A stretch of DNA of 64,000 bases from Candidatus Staskawiczbacteria bacterium (GCA_023245145.1 JAHFKW010000002.1:54601-118600); one strand, 5' to 3'; positions 18,360 to 28,850 are shown, counted from the stretch's first letter. The notes: generated by a model not told the origin, from the sequence alone. A program made the numbers and translations.

Positions 18360-20825
18360 CTACTTTCTCGACAGTGGTGGTGGGGTTTGGGGGGCGATGG
18401 GTTGAGACGTAAATGACCGGCGGACAATGTCCTCCTCCACCATGGCTTTTGGCTTGCCATATTTTAATTTTGATATTTTACGCAAAGCTTCCACAATTTC
18501 CGGCCGGCCTACCTTGGGCGGATAGGTTTCCATTTTAAAGGGCGTAGAGGTTTTATTATTTAACATCATTTTCATCACCAAAGTAAAGTTGTCCAAATTC
18601 ACCAAATCAAAACGTGAAAAACCCGGCTCAAACTGCTTTTCCAAAAACTCGGCGTCTTCCGCGCCAATCCTAAACGCTCCCATACTGCCCACGTTGCCCA
18701 AAACCGCATCCCGAATTTGCTCGGTTAACTGGGGCATGTATTGGTGCGCAATGGTTAAATTTAATTTATACTTTCTGGCTTCGGACAAAATGGTGGCTAT
18801 GCTGTCCGTGGTAAAATTTTGGAACTCATCCACGTATAAATAAAAATCTTTGCGATCATCTTCTTTTATTCTGGCGCGCTTCATGGCCGCCATTTGCATT
18901 TTAGAAACCAAAATTAATCCCAAAAGTGAACTGTTGACCTCCCCTGTCTGACCCTTGGATAAATTGGCTAAAAATATTTTCCCCTCGTCCATGACTTTGC
19001 CCAAATCAAAAGCGCTGCGACTTTGCCCAATAATATTTCTCATCATTTCATTTTCAATAAACCGACCAATTTTACTGACCACGTAGCCCAACATATCACT
19101 CCGGGTATTTCCTGTTGTCGCCGCCCATTCTTTCAGCCAGAAACTGCGTACTACCGGATCCGTTACTTTTTGCATTTTTTCGGCCAAAAAAGCTGGGTCA
19201 GTAAACATTTTGGGAATTTCTACCAGGGTACCGGGGTTATCTTTATCTGCCATGAGCGCCAGCATGGCGTTACGCATGTAGTGCTCAAACATGGGCCCGA
19301 TAATTTCGGGCGGAAACAACTTATAAAAAATGGAAATCATTTCCTGCACGGCGAAATCTTTTTGTTCGGGCGTATCGTATTCTAACATATTTAAACCCAT
19401 CGGTCGCTCTATATCAAACGGCTCAAACAAAATCACATCGTCCACTCGGTTTTTAGGGATATTGGCCAGCGTGTGCTCAACCAAATCTCCGTGCGGATCA
19501 ATCACCGCCACACCTTCGCCATTGGCAATATCTTGATTAATCATACCCTCCAAAAATCCGGATTTTCCCGTACCCGTTTGACCAATGACATACAAATGCC
19601 GGCGTCGATCCGCTCTTGAGGCAAAATAAATTTTCTTTTCTTCGCCACGAAAATTAACGCGCCCCAGCAGATTAACACCCGTTTCAGGCAAATCAGCCGG
19701 CGGTGGAGCCACCTGCGATTTGGCCGCTTTAATATAAGGAGTTTCGGTGTAATGGGTTGGAAAATGGTAAATGCTGGCCAATTCTTCCACATTCAAAATA
19801 CTTTTTTGAGCGTCATTAAAAAGTCTAAAACTAAAATCATAGACAAACTTTTTTAATGCGCCACCTTTTAATTCTTTAACCTCAAAACTATTCACCGCCG
19901 ATAACGAAAACTGACTAAATGAATCACTAATATGACTTAAAATTTCTTCGGCTCTTTCTTTGGATTTTGCCGAAGCTATTAGGCGGATATTGGCTTCAAA
20001 TGGCTGTTTTTGGATTTTTGATTGAATGGCATCATATCCAATTTGGTCAATCCCCTGCTCTTTTTCTTTGTACGCTTCATTCTCTTTTTTCTTCTTGGGA
20101 CTAGTTTTAAAAATTTCCCTGACGACGGACCAAAACCAATGATCCATGACTTCGCGAGCCGCCACCCTGACGTGTTTACCTTCTCTAATTTTAGTCAGTG
20201 CTTTTTCCCCTTTTTTGCGCAAGTTGATACCCGACAATGGCCGAATAATAACCTGCAGTGCCGCTCCTTCGTTGGCAGATATTTTACTGACATTATTAGT
20301 GATGCTGGCCAAAGGATCTTTTTCCAAAGTTTGATAGGTGGAAATGGGAAAGAGTGAATTTTCTGTTAATTTCAAAAAGGCACCCGCCACTTCACCCTGC
20401 GGTTCAAACACCGTATAGTCCTGCGGTACTTTATCAATAATGGCGTTGGTATAAACACCTTGCACATACTTTTCAAAAACAGATTCCAAATATTTGGGCA
20501 CCGAAACATAAAAAGAAATGTCGGTACCACCGATTTGAGAGGCAATTTCCAGTGAAATGGAGGGTTGAACCTGAAAAGCTTTTGGTTTTTTTAAATACAA
20601 AAAATTGGCCAAAACTTGTTCCATCTGGGAAATTAACATCTTCTCTTCTTTTTTTATTTCGTCTTCTTTTTTTGATTGGTTTTTGGGCATCAGCACCAAA
20701 AATAAAACTGTTTCCAAACCACCAAACACCGCCTGTTTTTCCGATTGTTCGGAAGCCAGTGCAGCCACAAAAGCCAGAAGCAACAAAAAAGATATTATTA
20801 TAAATCCGTATATAATAATCGGCAT
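18360..20825 (-). CDS. TraD/TrwB/VirD4-family (type IV secretion coupling-protein-like) membrane ATPase
   Basis: N-terminal TM helix, Walker A VIGQTGTGKS, DPHGD, Walker B YLYVDEFQNF; 821 aa. Confidence 0.7.
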   Translation of the reverse strand: MPIIIYGFIIISFLLLLAFVAALASEQSEKQAVFGGLETVLFLVLMPKNQSKKEDEIKKEEKMLISQMEQVLANFLYLKKPKAFQVQPSISLEIASQIGGTDISFYVSVPKYLESVFEKYVQGVYTNAIIDKVPQDYTVFEPQGEVAGAFLKLTENSLFPISTYQTLEKDPLASITNNVSKISANEGAALQVIIRPLSGINLRKKGEKALTKIREGKHVRVAAREVMDHWFWSVVREIFKTSPKKKKENEAYKEKEQGIDQIGYDAIQSKIQKQPFEANIRLIASAKSKERAEEILSHISDSFSQFSLSAVNSFEVKELKGGALKKFVYDFSFRLFNDAQKSILNVEELASIYHFPTHYTETPYIKAAKSQVAPPPADLPETGVNLLGRVNFRGEEKKIYFASRADRRRHLYVIGQTGTGKSGFLEGMINQDIANGEGVAVIDPHGDLVEHTLANIPKNRVDDVILFEPFDIERPMGLNMLEYDTPEQKDFAVQEMISIFYKLFPPEIIGPMFEHYMRNAMLALMADKDNPGTLVEIPKMFTDPAFLAEKMQKVTDPVVRSFWLKEWAATTGNTRSDMLGYVVSKIGRFIENEMMRNIIGQSRSAFDLGKVMDEGKIFLANLSKGQTGEVNSSLLGLILVSKMQMAAMKRARIKEDDRKDFYLYVDEFQNFTTDSIATILSEARKYKLNLTIAHQYMPQLTEQIRDAVLGNVGSMGAFRIGAEDAEFLEKQFEPGFSRFDLVNLDNFTLVMKMMLNNKTSTPFKMETYPPKVGRPEIVEALRKISKLKYGKPKAMVEEDIVRRSFTSQPIAPQTPPPLSRK

Positions 20826-20826
20826 A

Positions 20827-21192
20827 TTACTTTAAAAAATCTTTATAATATCCATTCTCCGCCAATTTGTCGTGAAGTAAATCTAATATATATGGGTCAT
20901 TCATTTTTTTGGCAACCGTAACGGCAAAAATAACCCCTTTTGATTTTGCCAACTTTAACAGCTCTGCCAGCTTTTGCTCTTCTTCAATTAAAGTCAAATT
21001 TTGAGCCGTGGTTTGGGTTTGAAGCTTGACATCATCATCAATCTGCATACCCTCAATAATTCGTTTGGCTTTTTGTAAGTCTTCACGCTCAATCATTCCA
21101 CCCACCTCTTTTGATTCCTGTTTTTTTTCAACCATTTCTAAAATATCAGGCAATGAGGCGGATTCTTTGGATTTTTCTTTGATGTCATCCAT
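20827..21192 (-). CDS. acidic helical hypothetical protein
   Basis: 121-aa ORF packed between neighbours with 1-2 nt gaps. Confidence 0.5.
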   Translation of the reverse strand: MDDIKEKSKESASLPDILEMVEKKQESKEVGGMIEREDLQKAKRIIEGMQIDDDVKLQTQTTAQNLTLIEEEQKLAELLKLAKSKGVIFAVTVAKKMNDPYILDLLHDKLAENGYYKDFLK

Positions 21193-21194
21193 AA

Positions 21195-21788
21195 TTATTG
21201 TGTAATGTTTAAGTCTAAAAGAGTATTTTGCATCTTTGAAGATTTGGGCGTTTGAGCCATCACTTCCAACTTTAAGCCGGTAGAAATTTTGGCCACCTCG
21301 TAATATTTAACACAAGGCGTTGGGGCAAAACCCGGTTTGAGCACAAAACCACATAAATCCGGCGAAGGTAGCCAAGAATAAGCTTTATCATTAATAGGAG
21401 AAAATATTCTTCCGTCAGAATCAATAATATTACCCAAATCCCACGCATACTGTATAGTATTGATTTTACCGGTATTTTCAGCTTGCACGGTCACTTTCAA
21501 AAACTTTTCAGTGGTGACTAAATCGGTTTGGTAATTGGGGAAACGAGAGATTTTTCCGCTTAACACTTTGCCAAAACTTTTTACATTAGTGAATGTAAAT
21601 TGAATATCTCCAACACTGGCCTGATACACCGGTTGAGGAATTTCGACAGTATTGGGAAGCGTGCTGATAGATTTTTTATTAAAAGTATAACGAGTAACTC
21701 CGTACACCAAACCCGCCATAAGTAAAACAACCACGGCTAAAATAATAATGGTTCGTGAGGCCAATCCCGATGACATTTTAAATTTCAT
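21195..21788 (-). CDS. membrane-anchored beta-rich protein (DUF4352-like, tentative)
   Basis: N-terminal TM helix followed by an extracytoplasmic beta-rich domain (KFLKVTVQAENTGKINT). Confidence 0.4.
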   Translation of the reverse strand: MKFKMSSGLASRTIIILAVVVLLMAGLVYGVTRYTFNKKSISTLPNTVEIPQPVYQASVGDIQFTFTNVKSFGKVLSGKISRFPNYQTDLVTTEKFLKVTVQAENTGKINTIQYAWDLGNIIDSDGRIFSPINDKAYSWLPSPDLCGFVLKPGFAPTPCVKYYEVAKISTGLKLEVMAQTPKSSKMQNTLLDLNITQ

Positions 21789-21812
21789 AGATGCAATATA
21801 TGTTTAATTAAC

Positions 21813-22559
21813 TTATTGTACCACCACGTAGCGGACTTTGCCATACTGATCTTTGCAAAAATCCCATTTTTTGTATTTCATTTTTTTGAGCAATGCATTG
21901 ATGGCTGGTTTTTGCTTGGTATCAAATTCCATGTAGATTTTACCATGTTGAGTCAGGTGGTTTTTGGCATCGGCCAAAAACCGCGCAACAAAAAACATTC
22001 CGTCTTTATCTCCAAAAAGCGCCACATGCGGCTCATAATCAATCACCGAAGATTGTATCTTTTTTTTTTGCGTCAGCGGTATATATGGCGGATTAGCAAA
22101 AATGTAATCAAACGTTCCCTCCACATTCTCAAAAATATCGGACTTTACAACTTCATATCTTTTTTTCGCAATGCCATTTTTTTTACAATTTATTTTAATT
22201 TGTTTAACCGCTTCTTTTTCTGATTCCACAAACGTCACATGTGAATTTTTTACATGCTTTAAAACCGCGATCCCAATGCACCCCGACCCCGCAAACATAT
22301 CAAGAACTTTATAACTTGATAACTTGATAACTTTTAACTCATCTATCGCTTGTTCTGTCCAAAACTCCGTTTCCACCCTTGGAATGAGCACATGTTTGTT
22401 GACCCAAATCTTGCAACCCAAAAAATCGGTAAATCCGATAATATGATCCAACGGCTCACCTTTTTTAAGTCTTTCAATATCTTTCTTGGCCGCAGCAGTT
22501 AGCTTGCCATTATATTTTTCCTGAAGGATCCACTGAATTTGTCTTTCTATGTTTTCCAT
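21813..22559 (-). CDS. prmC: release-factor glutamine N5-methyltransferase (HemK/PrmC)
   Basis: SAM motif VLDMFAGSGCIG and catalytic NPPY (FANPPYIP). Confidence 0.85.
   Translation of the reverse strand: MENIERQIQWILQEKYNGKLTAAAKKDIERLKKGEPLDHIIGFTDFLGCKIWVNKHVLIPRVETEFWTEQAIDELKVIKLSSYKVLDMFAGSGCIGIAVLKHVKNSHVTFVESEKEAVKQIKINCKKNGIAKKRYEVVKSDIFENVEGTFDYIFANPPYIPLTQKKKIQSSVIDYEPHVALFGDKDGMFFVARFLADAKNHLTQHGKIYMEFDTKQKPAINALLKKMKYKKWDFCKDQYGKVRYVVVQ
22305..22340. repeat. in-CDS copy of the cttgataac/ctttataac tandem motif (inside prmC)
   Basis: aactttataacttgataacttgataacttttaactc, encoding ELKVIKLSSYKV. Confidence 0.75.
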
Positions 22560-22621
22560 GACTTCATACTATCTTTATTTTATAAATTAAAAAAGACCCA
22601 AGCTTCCCTGGGTCAAATATA

Positions 22622-22921
22622 TTATAAGCACCTATCCACCGTTCCATTTCGCTTCTTTATTCTTTTGAGAACGGTGAGGTAACCTTGAGACACAGCACAC
22701 TGTTTTTTCTGCAACCTCATGATTCGCGCCTGTAATCTCCTCAAGCCACGCACATGCTCCAGATACGTGATGGGATCAAGAAGGTGTTTGGATCTAGTGT
22801 CCCATAGCACATTAATCACTTCGTGCTCCTCTATGAGTGCACATGTAAGCAAATCTCGATTCTTCTGCATCTGCAAAAGAATTTCTTGTGCGTTTTCCCA
22901 GAACCGCTTTTTCTTATTCAT
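22622..22921 (-). CDS. hypothetical helical protein, GC-richer, SD-bearing
   Basis: 99-aa ORF with gggggaaga immediately before the ATG and a terminator gaccca/tgggtc plus T-run downstream (22593-22620). Confidence 0.5.
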   Translation of the reverse strand: MNKKKRFWENAQEILLQMQKNRDLLTCALIEEHEVINVLWDTRSKHLLDPITYLEHVRGLRRLQARIMRLQKKQCAVSQGYLTVLKRIKKRNGTVDRCL

Positions 22922-22975
22922 TCTTCCCCCAGAAAAAAATCAACGAGGTAAAACAAAACCCGAAACGATCGGGTT

Positions 22976-23290
22976 TTATGCAATACTTACAATTTCAACT
23001 TCCGTAAACTTCTGACGATGTCCGATTTTTCTCTTGTAGCGTTTCTTGGATTTATACTTAAAAATAATCAATTTATCGCCTTTTTTCTCGCCCAGTATTT
23101 TGGCTTTCACTTCTGCTCCTTTAATCATCGGCATTCCAATCTGCAACTTTCCCTCTTTGTCGCATAATAAAACCTCGCTGAAGATAACTTCAGCCTGTCC
23201 TTCTTTCACATCCAATTTTTCCACTTGTAATTTATCGCCGGGTGCAACAAGATATTGTTTGCCTCCCGTTTTTATTACTGCAAATGTCAT
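22976..23290 (-). CDS. rplU: 50S ribosomal protein L21
   Basis: MTFAVIKTGGKQYLVAPGDKL.VEKL...G; 104 aa. Confidence 0.9.
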   Translation of the reverse strand: MTFAVIKTGGKQYLVAPGDKLQVEKLDVKEGQAEVIFSEVLLCDKEGKLQIGMPMIKGAEVKAKILGEKKGDKLIIFKYKSKKRYKRKIGHRQKFTEVEIVSIA

Positions 23291-23314
23291 ACTTAAATAC
23301 TAGCAAAATTAGTC

Positions 23315-24349
23315 CTATTCGTCAAGCAACGGCCTCTGGATTTCATCTATCTTTACCTTACTGTCGCCATCTGTAATTTTAACCACATCCTTGTCCACCT
23401 TCAAAAATTCCGCCCGAGCCTTATTGTAACTGCTGACCGTTTTATCTAAATTATCCCCCACCCTATTTACGTACTCCGAATACGCAAACATGTGCTTGCC
23501 CAAACGCTCCACTTCCTTAATAATCATTTGTGCTTGCTCGGAAATTTTCTGGTTTTTCATGCCCTGCAAAACGGTTTGCAAATAGGCCAAGAATGATGTG
23601 GGTGAAACCACCACCACCTTTTTCTTGCCCGCGTAATACACCAGATTTTGGTTGTCATCGGCAATTACCCCCACTTTATTAATCAATAAATCGTAATACA
23701 CCGCTTCCGAAGGGATAAACATAAAAGCAAAATCAGTAGTTTTTTCTTCCGGTTTTACATATTTGGCCGTTTCGTCAATACGAAGCTTTAAATCACTGAT
23801 AAACGCCATTTCCAATCGCTTTTTTTCTTGAGGTTCGTGAGCTTCCACCATGCGATTGTAATTTTCCAAGCTGAATTTGGAGTCCACTGGAATAATTAAT
23901 TTGTCCACAAACACCACGGCGTCCACAATCACGCCATCAGAAAATCCATACTGCATTTGAAAACTTCCCGGCGGTAAAACATTTTTTAACACCGTTTCCA
24001 AATAATATTCGCCTAAAATTCCGCGCTGTTTTGGGTTTTTTAAAATGTCTTGCAGATTTTGCAGTTGCCCGGCAAAATTGACCACCTGTTTATTGGTTTC
24101 ATCTAATTTAGCCAACCTTTCACGCACATCCCCAATAATTTTTGAAGATTCGGCAAACTGAAATTGCTGACTTTTATTTGACTCGGATAATTTTAAATCC
24201 AATGTTTGCGAAATATGGTTAATTTGCTGTTGCAACATCAACAGCTGACCATCGTCTTTCTTTGGTTCCTCTTTTTTCCTAATCTGCAACCAAATCACCG
24301 CCCCAATCCCCAGGATTATAAGTATGTAAAATATTATTGAAGTGTCCAT
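23315..24349 (-). CDS. rmuC: DNA recombination protein RmuC
   Basis: N-terminal TM helix, a long coiled coil and a C-terminal RmuC nuclease-like region (DFAFMFIPSEAVYY...VVVVSPTSF). Confidence 0.8.
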   Translation of the reverse strand: MDTSIIFYILIILGIGAVIWLQIRKKEEPKKDDGQLLMLQQQINHISQTLDLKLSESNKSQQFQFAESSKIIGDVRERLAKLDETNKQVVNFAGQLQNLQDILKNPKQRGILGEYYLETVLKNVLPPGSFQMQYGFSDGVIVDAVVFVDKLIIPVDSKFSLENYNRMVEAHEPQEKKRLEMAFISDLKLRIDETAKYVKPEEKTTDFAFMFIPSEAVYYDLLINKVGVIADDNQNLVYYAGKKKVVVVSPTSFLAYLQTVLQGMKNQKISEQAQMIIKEVERLGKHMFAYSEYVNRVGDNLDKTVSSYNKARAEFLKVDKDVVKITDGDSKVKIDEIQRPLLDE

Positions 24350-24354
24350 TGGTA

Positions 24355-26754
24355 TTATTGTATATTAGTTTTAGCTACTTTAAAATAGTGAAAATAGATT
24401 AATTTTACAAATTCAGAGGCAAAAAAGTAAAGACCGACGAGGAAAAATACTATTAATAACGGTAAAATCGGCGGAATGACAAAATGGAAAAAGCTTTGGC
24501 CAAAGGGTAAAAATGGTAAGAGGATAATAAATACGGCATCGGCAATCGTAAAAAGTAACAGCCAAAAGTTGGGACGCTTCGCCTTCCAAAATTGCTTACG
24601 TGTGCGGATAATAAAAATCAAAGCAAGTTCGGTCAAAATGCTCATAACAAACCACAGGGTTTGAATGGTGCCAGAGCTTTGTCCGTGAAATATAGTAAAA
24701 AAAATAAAATCAAATACGGTACTCACTAAGGCCAGCGAAATAATTAAGGGCAGAACATTATGCAATTGATACATTTTGGGTTTTCGTAATTCTTCCAAAT
24801 CCACCGAATCACTGACGATAGAAATTAAAGGAAAATCGGAAAGTAAATTACCCAATAAAATTTGCACTGGCAACATGGGCAAAAAAGGTACAAACAGAGA
24901 AATGACGGCGATGGAATAAAAATTACCAAAATTGCTAGCCAGTGCGCATTTAATATATTTATTGATGTTGGCAAAAATATTCCGGCCATGCTTGATACCG
25001 TTGACAATGACTCGTAAATCTTTTTTTAATAAAACTACATCGCTAGCTTCCCGAGCAATATCAGAGGCCTCGGCCACTGCAATCCCCACATCCGCAATTT
25101 TTAAGGCTGGGGCATCGTTAATCCCCTCTCCCAAAAATCCGACTTCGTACTTTTTTTGGAGCGACTTAATAATCTGATATTTTAATTCCGGTGAAATTCT
25201 GGCAAAGACCACATTTTCTTCACAAGCCATTGCAAAATCATCGCGCGACATTTTTTGTAACTCTTCACCCAATAAAACCTCTGCTTGGTTTTTTATCAAT
25301 CCCACCTTTTTAGCTACAAATCCGGCGACTTCCTTTGCATCCCCCGTAATTATTTTTATCGCCACACCCATTTTTTTTGACAGACGAATAGCTTCCTCAG
25401 CCGTGGTTTTTAACGGATCTTCAAAGACAAAATACCCCAAAAATGTTAAGCCCTGCTCGCTTTGTTTAACACCCGCTGTTAAACATTTTTTATAGGCAAT
25501 AGCTAATACGCGTTTTCCGATCTGACCTTCACGGGCAATGTCTTCTTTTAATTCTTTTTTATTAAAACTGGCCGGAAATTTATTGCACAATTTTAAAACC
25601 ACTTCGGGCGCACCTTTTACAATGAGTAACTTTTCCGTGCCATTTTCAACCAAACAACTTGACTTCATTTTAAAAGAATTAAAAGTTGATTCAGTAATCA
25701 AATGATATTTTTTGACTTTTTGTAACATACCACGCCCAGCCCTTTCAAAAAAAGCCTTATTGAATGGATCCAAGCTGTTTTCATCAACTCCCACGAGAGC
25801 GTACAAAAGCGCCTTATTTGCACCAATAACTTTTTCCAGCGACAATGTATTTTGCGTTAACGTGCCCGTTTTATCCGTACACAAAACTTCAATATTACCT
25901 AAATCTTCAATACTGCTTAAGCGCTTTACCACCACATGGTCGTTGGCCATTTTTAAACTGCCTCGACTTAACGCCAACACCACAATGGCTGGCAATGCCT
26001 CGGGTAAAATGGAAATAATTAACGCCACGCAAAATAAAGAAAAAGGAAAAATATTTTCTTTGCCATTAATAATCAAATTCAGTAAAAAAATCACTGCCAT
26101 AGTGATAACCACAATTTTTAATATCAGTCGACAAAAATACAGCAGATTTTTTTCATAGGCTCCGCCATGACGCTCGTGGCCAACCAAGGCGGTAATTTTT
26201 CCGAGCTGGGTATTTTTTCCCGTCACCAAGACTTTGGCCAGCGCTTTTCCAAAAACCACCGACGTGCCCGCAAACAGCATTTGTTTTGCCGTAGGAACCG
26301 ATTCCCCCGTCAAAGCCGATTCATCCACCAAAAAGTTCTGTGACTGAATAACTTGTAATTCCGCCGGAATAATATCTCCCGTTTTGAGTAAAATTACATC
26401 ATCTGGCACTAGATATTTCTTTTCAAGTAAAGACTCTTTTCCATCCCGCATGACTGTGATTTTTTTTATAATTAAATTATTCAACATTAAAACGGCTCGC
26501 TCGGCTCGATATTCTTGAATAAAACCAATACATAAATTCAGCGCTACAAAAACCATAATCACGGCGCTATCAATTTTTTCGCCCAGTAAAAGTGAAATAA
26601 TTCCCGCCGTGGCTAAAAAATAAAAAAAGGGAGACCGGCACTGCCTTAAAAAAATATCCCAAGCATGATGCTCGTGAATATTAGTTTCATTGAGGCCATA
26701 CTCCAACAACCGCGCCTTGGCCTCTTTTTCCGAAAGTCCCTGAATATGTTCCAT
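24355..26754 (-). CDS. cation-transporting P-type ATPase (type II/III, Ca2+/Mg2+-like)
   Basis: TGES, CTDKTGTLTQN, TGDAKEVA and GEGINDAPALK motifs. No CPC motif and no HMA domain; 799 aa. Confidence 0.85.
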   Translation of the reverse strand: MEHIQGLSEKEAKARLLEYGLNETNIHEHHAWDIFLRQCRSPFFYFLATAGIISLLLGEKIDSAVIMVFVALNLCIGFIQEYRAERAVLMLNNLIIKKITVMRDGKESLLEKKYLVPDDVILLKTGDIIPAELQVIQSQNFLVDESALTGESVPTAKQMLFAGTSVVFGKALAKVLVTGKNTQLGKITALVGHERHGGAYEKNLLYFCRLILKIVVITMAVIFLLNLIINGKENIFPFSLFCVALIISILPEALPAIVVLALSRGSLKMANDHVVVKRLSSIEDLGNIEVLCTDKTGTLTQNTLSLEKVIGANKALLYALVGVDENSLDPFNKAFFERAGRGMLQKVKKYHLITESTFNSFKMKSSCLVENGTEKLLIVKGAPEVVLKLCNKFPASFNKKELKEDIAREGQIGKRVLAIAYKKCLTAGVKQSEQGLTFLGYFVFEDPLKTTAEEAIRLSKKMGVAIKIITGDAKEVAGFVAKKVGLIKNQAEVLLGEELQKMSRDDFAMACEENVVFARISPELKYQIIKSLQKKYEVGFLGEGINDAPALKIADVGIAVAEASDIAREASDVVLLKKDLRVIVNGIKHGRNIFANINKYIKCALASNFGNFYSIAVISLFVPFLPMLPVQILLGNLLSDFPLISIVSDSVDLEELRKPKMYQLHNVLPLIISLALVSTVFDFIFFTIFHGQSSGTIQTLWFVMSILTELALIFIIRTRKQFWKAKRPNFWLLLFTIADAVFIILLPFLPFGQSFFHFVIPPILPLLIVFFLVGLYFFASEFVKLIYFHYFKVAKTNIQ

Positions 26755-26758
26755 GTAA

Positions 26759-27724
26759 TTAATGCTTCATGAATACTTCAATAATTAAAAATGCAATGTA
26801 TAACAGCAGTAACACGAGCCCCTCTTTATAAGTAACTTTTTTGCCTGTTTTGATAAATATTAATGATAAAAGCGCGGCTAAAATTAATACCATCCGTGCC
26901 GTAGCAAATGGTGCAAAATCCAGAATTTCAAAAGGCGCAATTAAAGCCACTGTACCGAGCACCAACGTGGCACAAATAATCACCGAACCCATAATATCAC
27001 CCAGTACCAACCAATTTTCGTCACGTCGCGCCGATACAATAGAAAAATACATATCGGGAAAGGCATTACCCAGCCCCACAATTAAAATTCCCACCAAGGC
27101 CAATGAAATATTTAAAGAAGTTGAGAAAAATTCAGCCGAAGCCACCACGGCCTGCGAAGCGACCAAAAGAAGTATCAACAAGATAATAATTTTTACTAAG
27201 TTAAATAAAAACCCCTTGAAACCAGCCGTAACGCCGTGTTTGACGGACTTATAACGTTTTTTAAAGTGTTCCGATTTGGAAAACAACCACCATGAATACA
27301 GAAAAAATGTGACAATTAAAATTACCCCGTCTATCCTATCCAAACGACTATCTAAAATTAATAAAAGTGGTAACACGGCAATAATAGCGGTAAAAATGGC
27401 GGACTTTTGCACCATAGCACTACCTGTTTCTAATCCCCTTTTACTGAAAAAAACAGCGATGGCTAATACGAGCGTCAAATCCACTAAATTTCCGCCCAAA
27501 ATATCTCCCAGGGCTAATGCGGGTTTACCTTGTATAACCGCATTAATGCAAATAAACAAATCCGGCAAAGAAGCCGCCACCGCCATAACAAAAAAAGCGA
27601 TAATAAATTCCCGCCAACCCAAATATTTAGCCACCGATACCAGTGAGGCAACCAAACGAGAACTTAACCACGAAAGTATTCCGCATGATAAAATGAATAT
27701 GGCGACAATAAAAATCCAAGACAT
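26759..27724 (-). CDS. Na+/Ca2+ exchanger family (CaCA/YrbG-like) membrane protein
   Basis: Two alpha-repeat-like motifs (GDILGGNLVDLT; GLGNAFPDM), about 10 TM helices, 321 aa. Confidence 0.75.
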   Translation of the reverse strand: MSWIFIVAIFILSCGILSWLSSRLVASLVSVAKYLGWREFIIAFFVMAVAASLPDLFICINAVIQGKPALALGDILGGNLVDLTLVLAIAVFFSKRGLETGSAMVQKSAIFTAIIAVLPLLLILDSRLDRIDGVILIVTFFLYSWWLFSKSEHFKKRYKSVKHGVTAGFKGFLFNLVKIIILLILLLVASQAVVASAEFFSTSLNISLALVGILIVGLGNAFPDMYFSIVSARRDENWLVLGDIMGSVIICATLVLGTVALIAPFEILDFAPFATARMVLILAALLSLIFIKTGKKVTYKEGLVLLLLYIAFLIIEVFMKH

Positions 27725-27736
27725 AGGTGTGAATTT

Positions 27737-28813
27737 TTAATTTCTAATTTCCCTGCCGGCCGGCCGGTAGGTAATTTTTAAATACATCAACACAATCAAG
27801 ACCGCGTCAATGGAAAGCAACGGGCCTCCAATAAAAGAAACAATGCCAATAAATTGTGTCATACCAAGTAAGAATAATACCAACGGCGGGAAAATAGCTA
27901 GTACAAAAGAAAAAAATGGTGAAAGCCTCAAATCAAAGCGTAAAGTTTGATGAAAAATATGGCCTTGGACTACAAAGGAAATAAAGGTGGTTAAAACTCC
28001 CATAAAAACTGCTATGGAAATGACACCGTTTCCCAACAATCCCTTGATTCCGTCCAAAGCCGATTGCGTAGTCTCGGGCCCAGTAACCCCTAAAATAATC
28101 ACCATAAAAACAGTGTAGAAAATAGCAGGGATTAAGGTGGAAATAATGATAATATATTTTAGAACTTTTTTACGCCTGACTACCAGTTCTTCGGTTTCGG
28201 GAATTAAACCCGTGCCCCACAGCGAAAACACAATCGGACCAAAAGCTAAAAGTAAATTTGAAATTTGTCCGCCAACTGACGGATTAAAGTTTGAAATAAA
28301 GAAGTTACTAATATTAATATGTGAAAATCCGCTAAAAAATATAATACCAAGAGCTAAAAGCAAAATCACCAGCCCCAAAAATTCAATGCGACTAATGATC
28401 CGAATTCCAAACATAATTAATATTGCCGCCAACAAAAAATACACCAGTGCCCATATTATGGTGTGACCACCAAAAATGGTACTTAAAAATTGTGAACCGA
28501 CAATTAAATAGGCCAGTAACGTGCCGTAGACCCCCACTATCATCAGCAAAAAAGCAACTACTCCCAAAGTCTTACCAAGGTGATACTCAACAAACCCAGG
28601 AAAACGCTTGAAATCAGGTGTGTGCATAGAAATTTCTCCGAACATGATATGCAATATTGTCACCAAAGTTGTAAAAAGAATCATGTAAAAAATCATCGGC
28701 CAAAATCCTACCTGCAATGCCACATAGGGCAGAGCCAAAAAACCCACGCCGATAATGCCTCCTGAAAGAGTGGCAATGGGCAAGATATAATTTTTAAAAA
28801 ATTGATGAAGCAT
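27737..28813 (-). CDS. amino-acid permease-like polytopic membrane protein
   Basis: 358 aa with about 10-11 TM helices. The N-terminal pattern resembles aromatic/neutral amino-acid permeases. Confidence 0.45.
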   Translation of the reverse strand: MLHQFFKNYILPIATLSGGIIGVGFLALPYVALQVGFWPMIFYMILFTTLVTILHIMFGEISMHTPDFKRFPGFVEYHLGKTLGVVAFLLMIVGVYGTLLAYLIVGSQFLSTIFGGHTIIWALVYFLLAAILIMFGIRIISRIEFLGLVILLLALGIIFFSGFSHINISNFFISNFNPSVGGQISNLLLAFGPIVFSLWGTGLIPETEELVVRRKKVLKYIIIISTLIPAIFYTVFMVIILGVTGPETTQSALDGIKGLLGNGVISIAVFMGVLTTFISFVVQGHIFHQTLRFDLRLSPFFSFVLAIFPPLVLFLLGMTQFIGIVSFIGGPLLSIDAVLIVLMYLKITYRPAGREIRN

Positions 28814-28850
28814 TTATATATTTTACCTCATGTGGTATAACATAGCAAAT

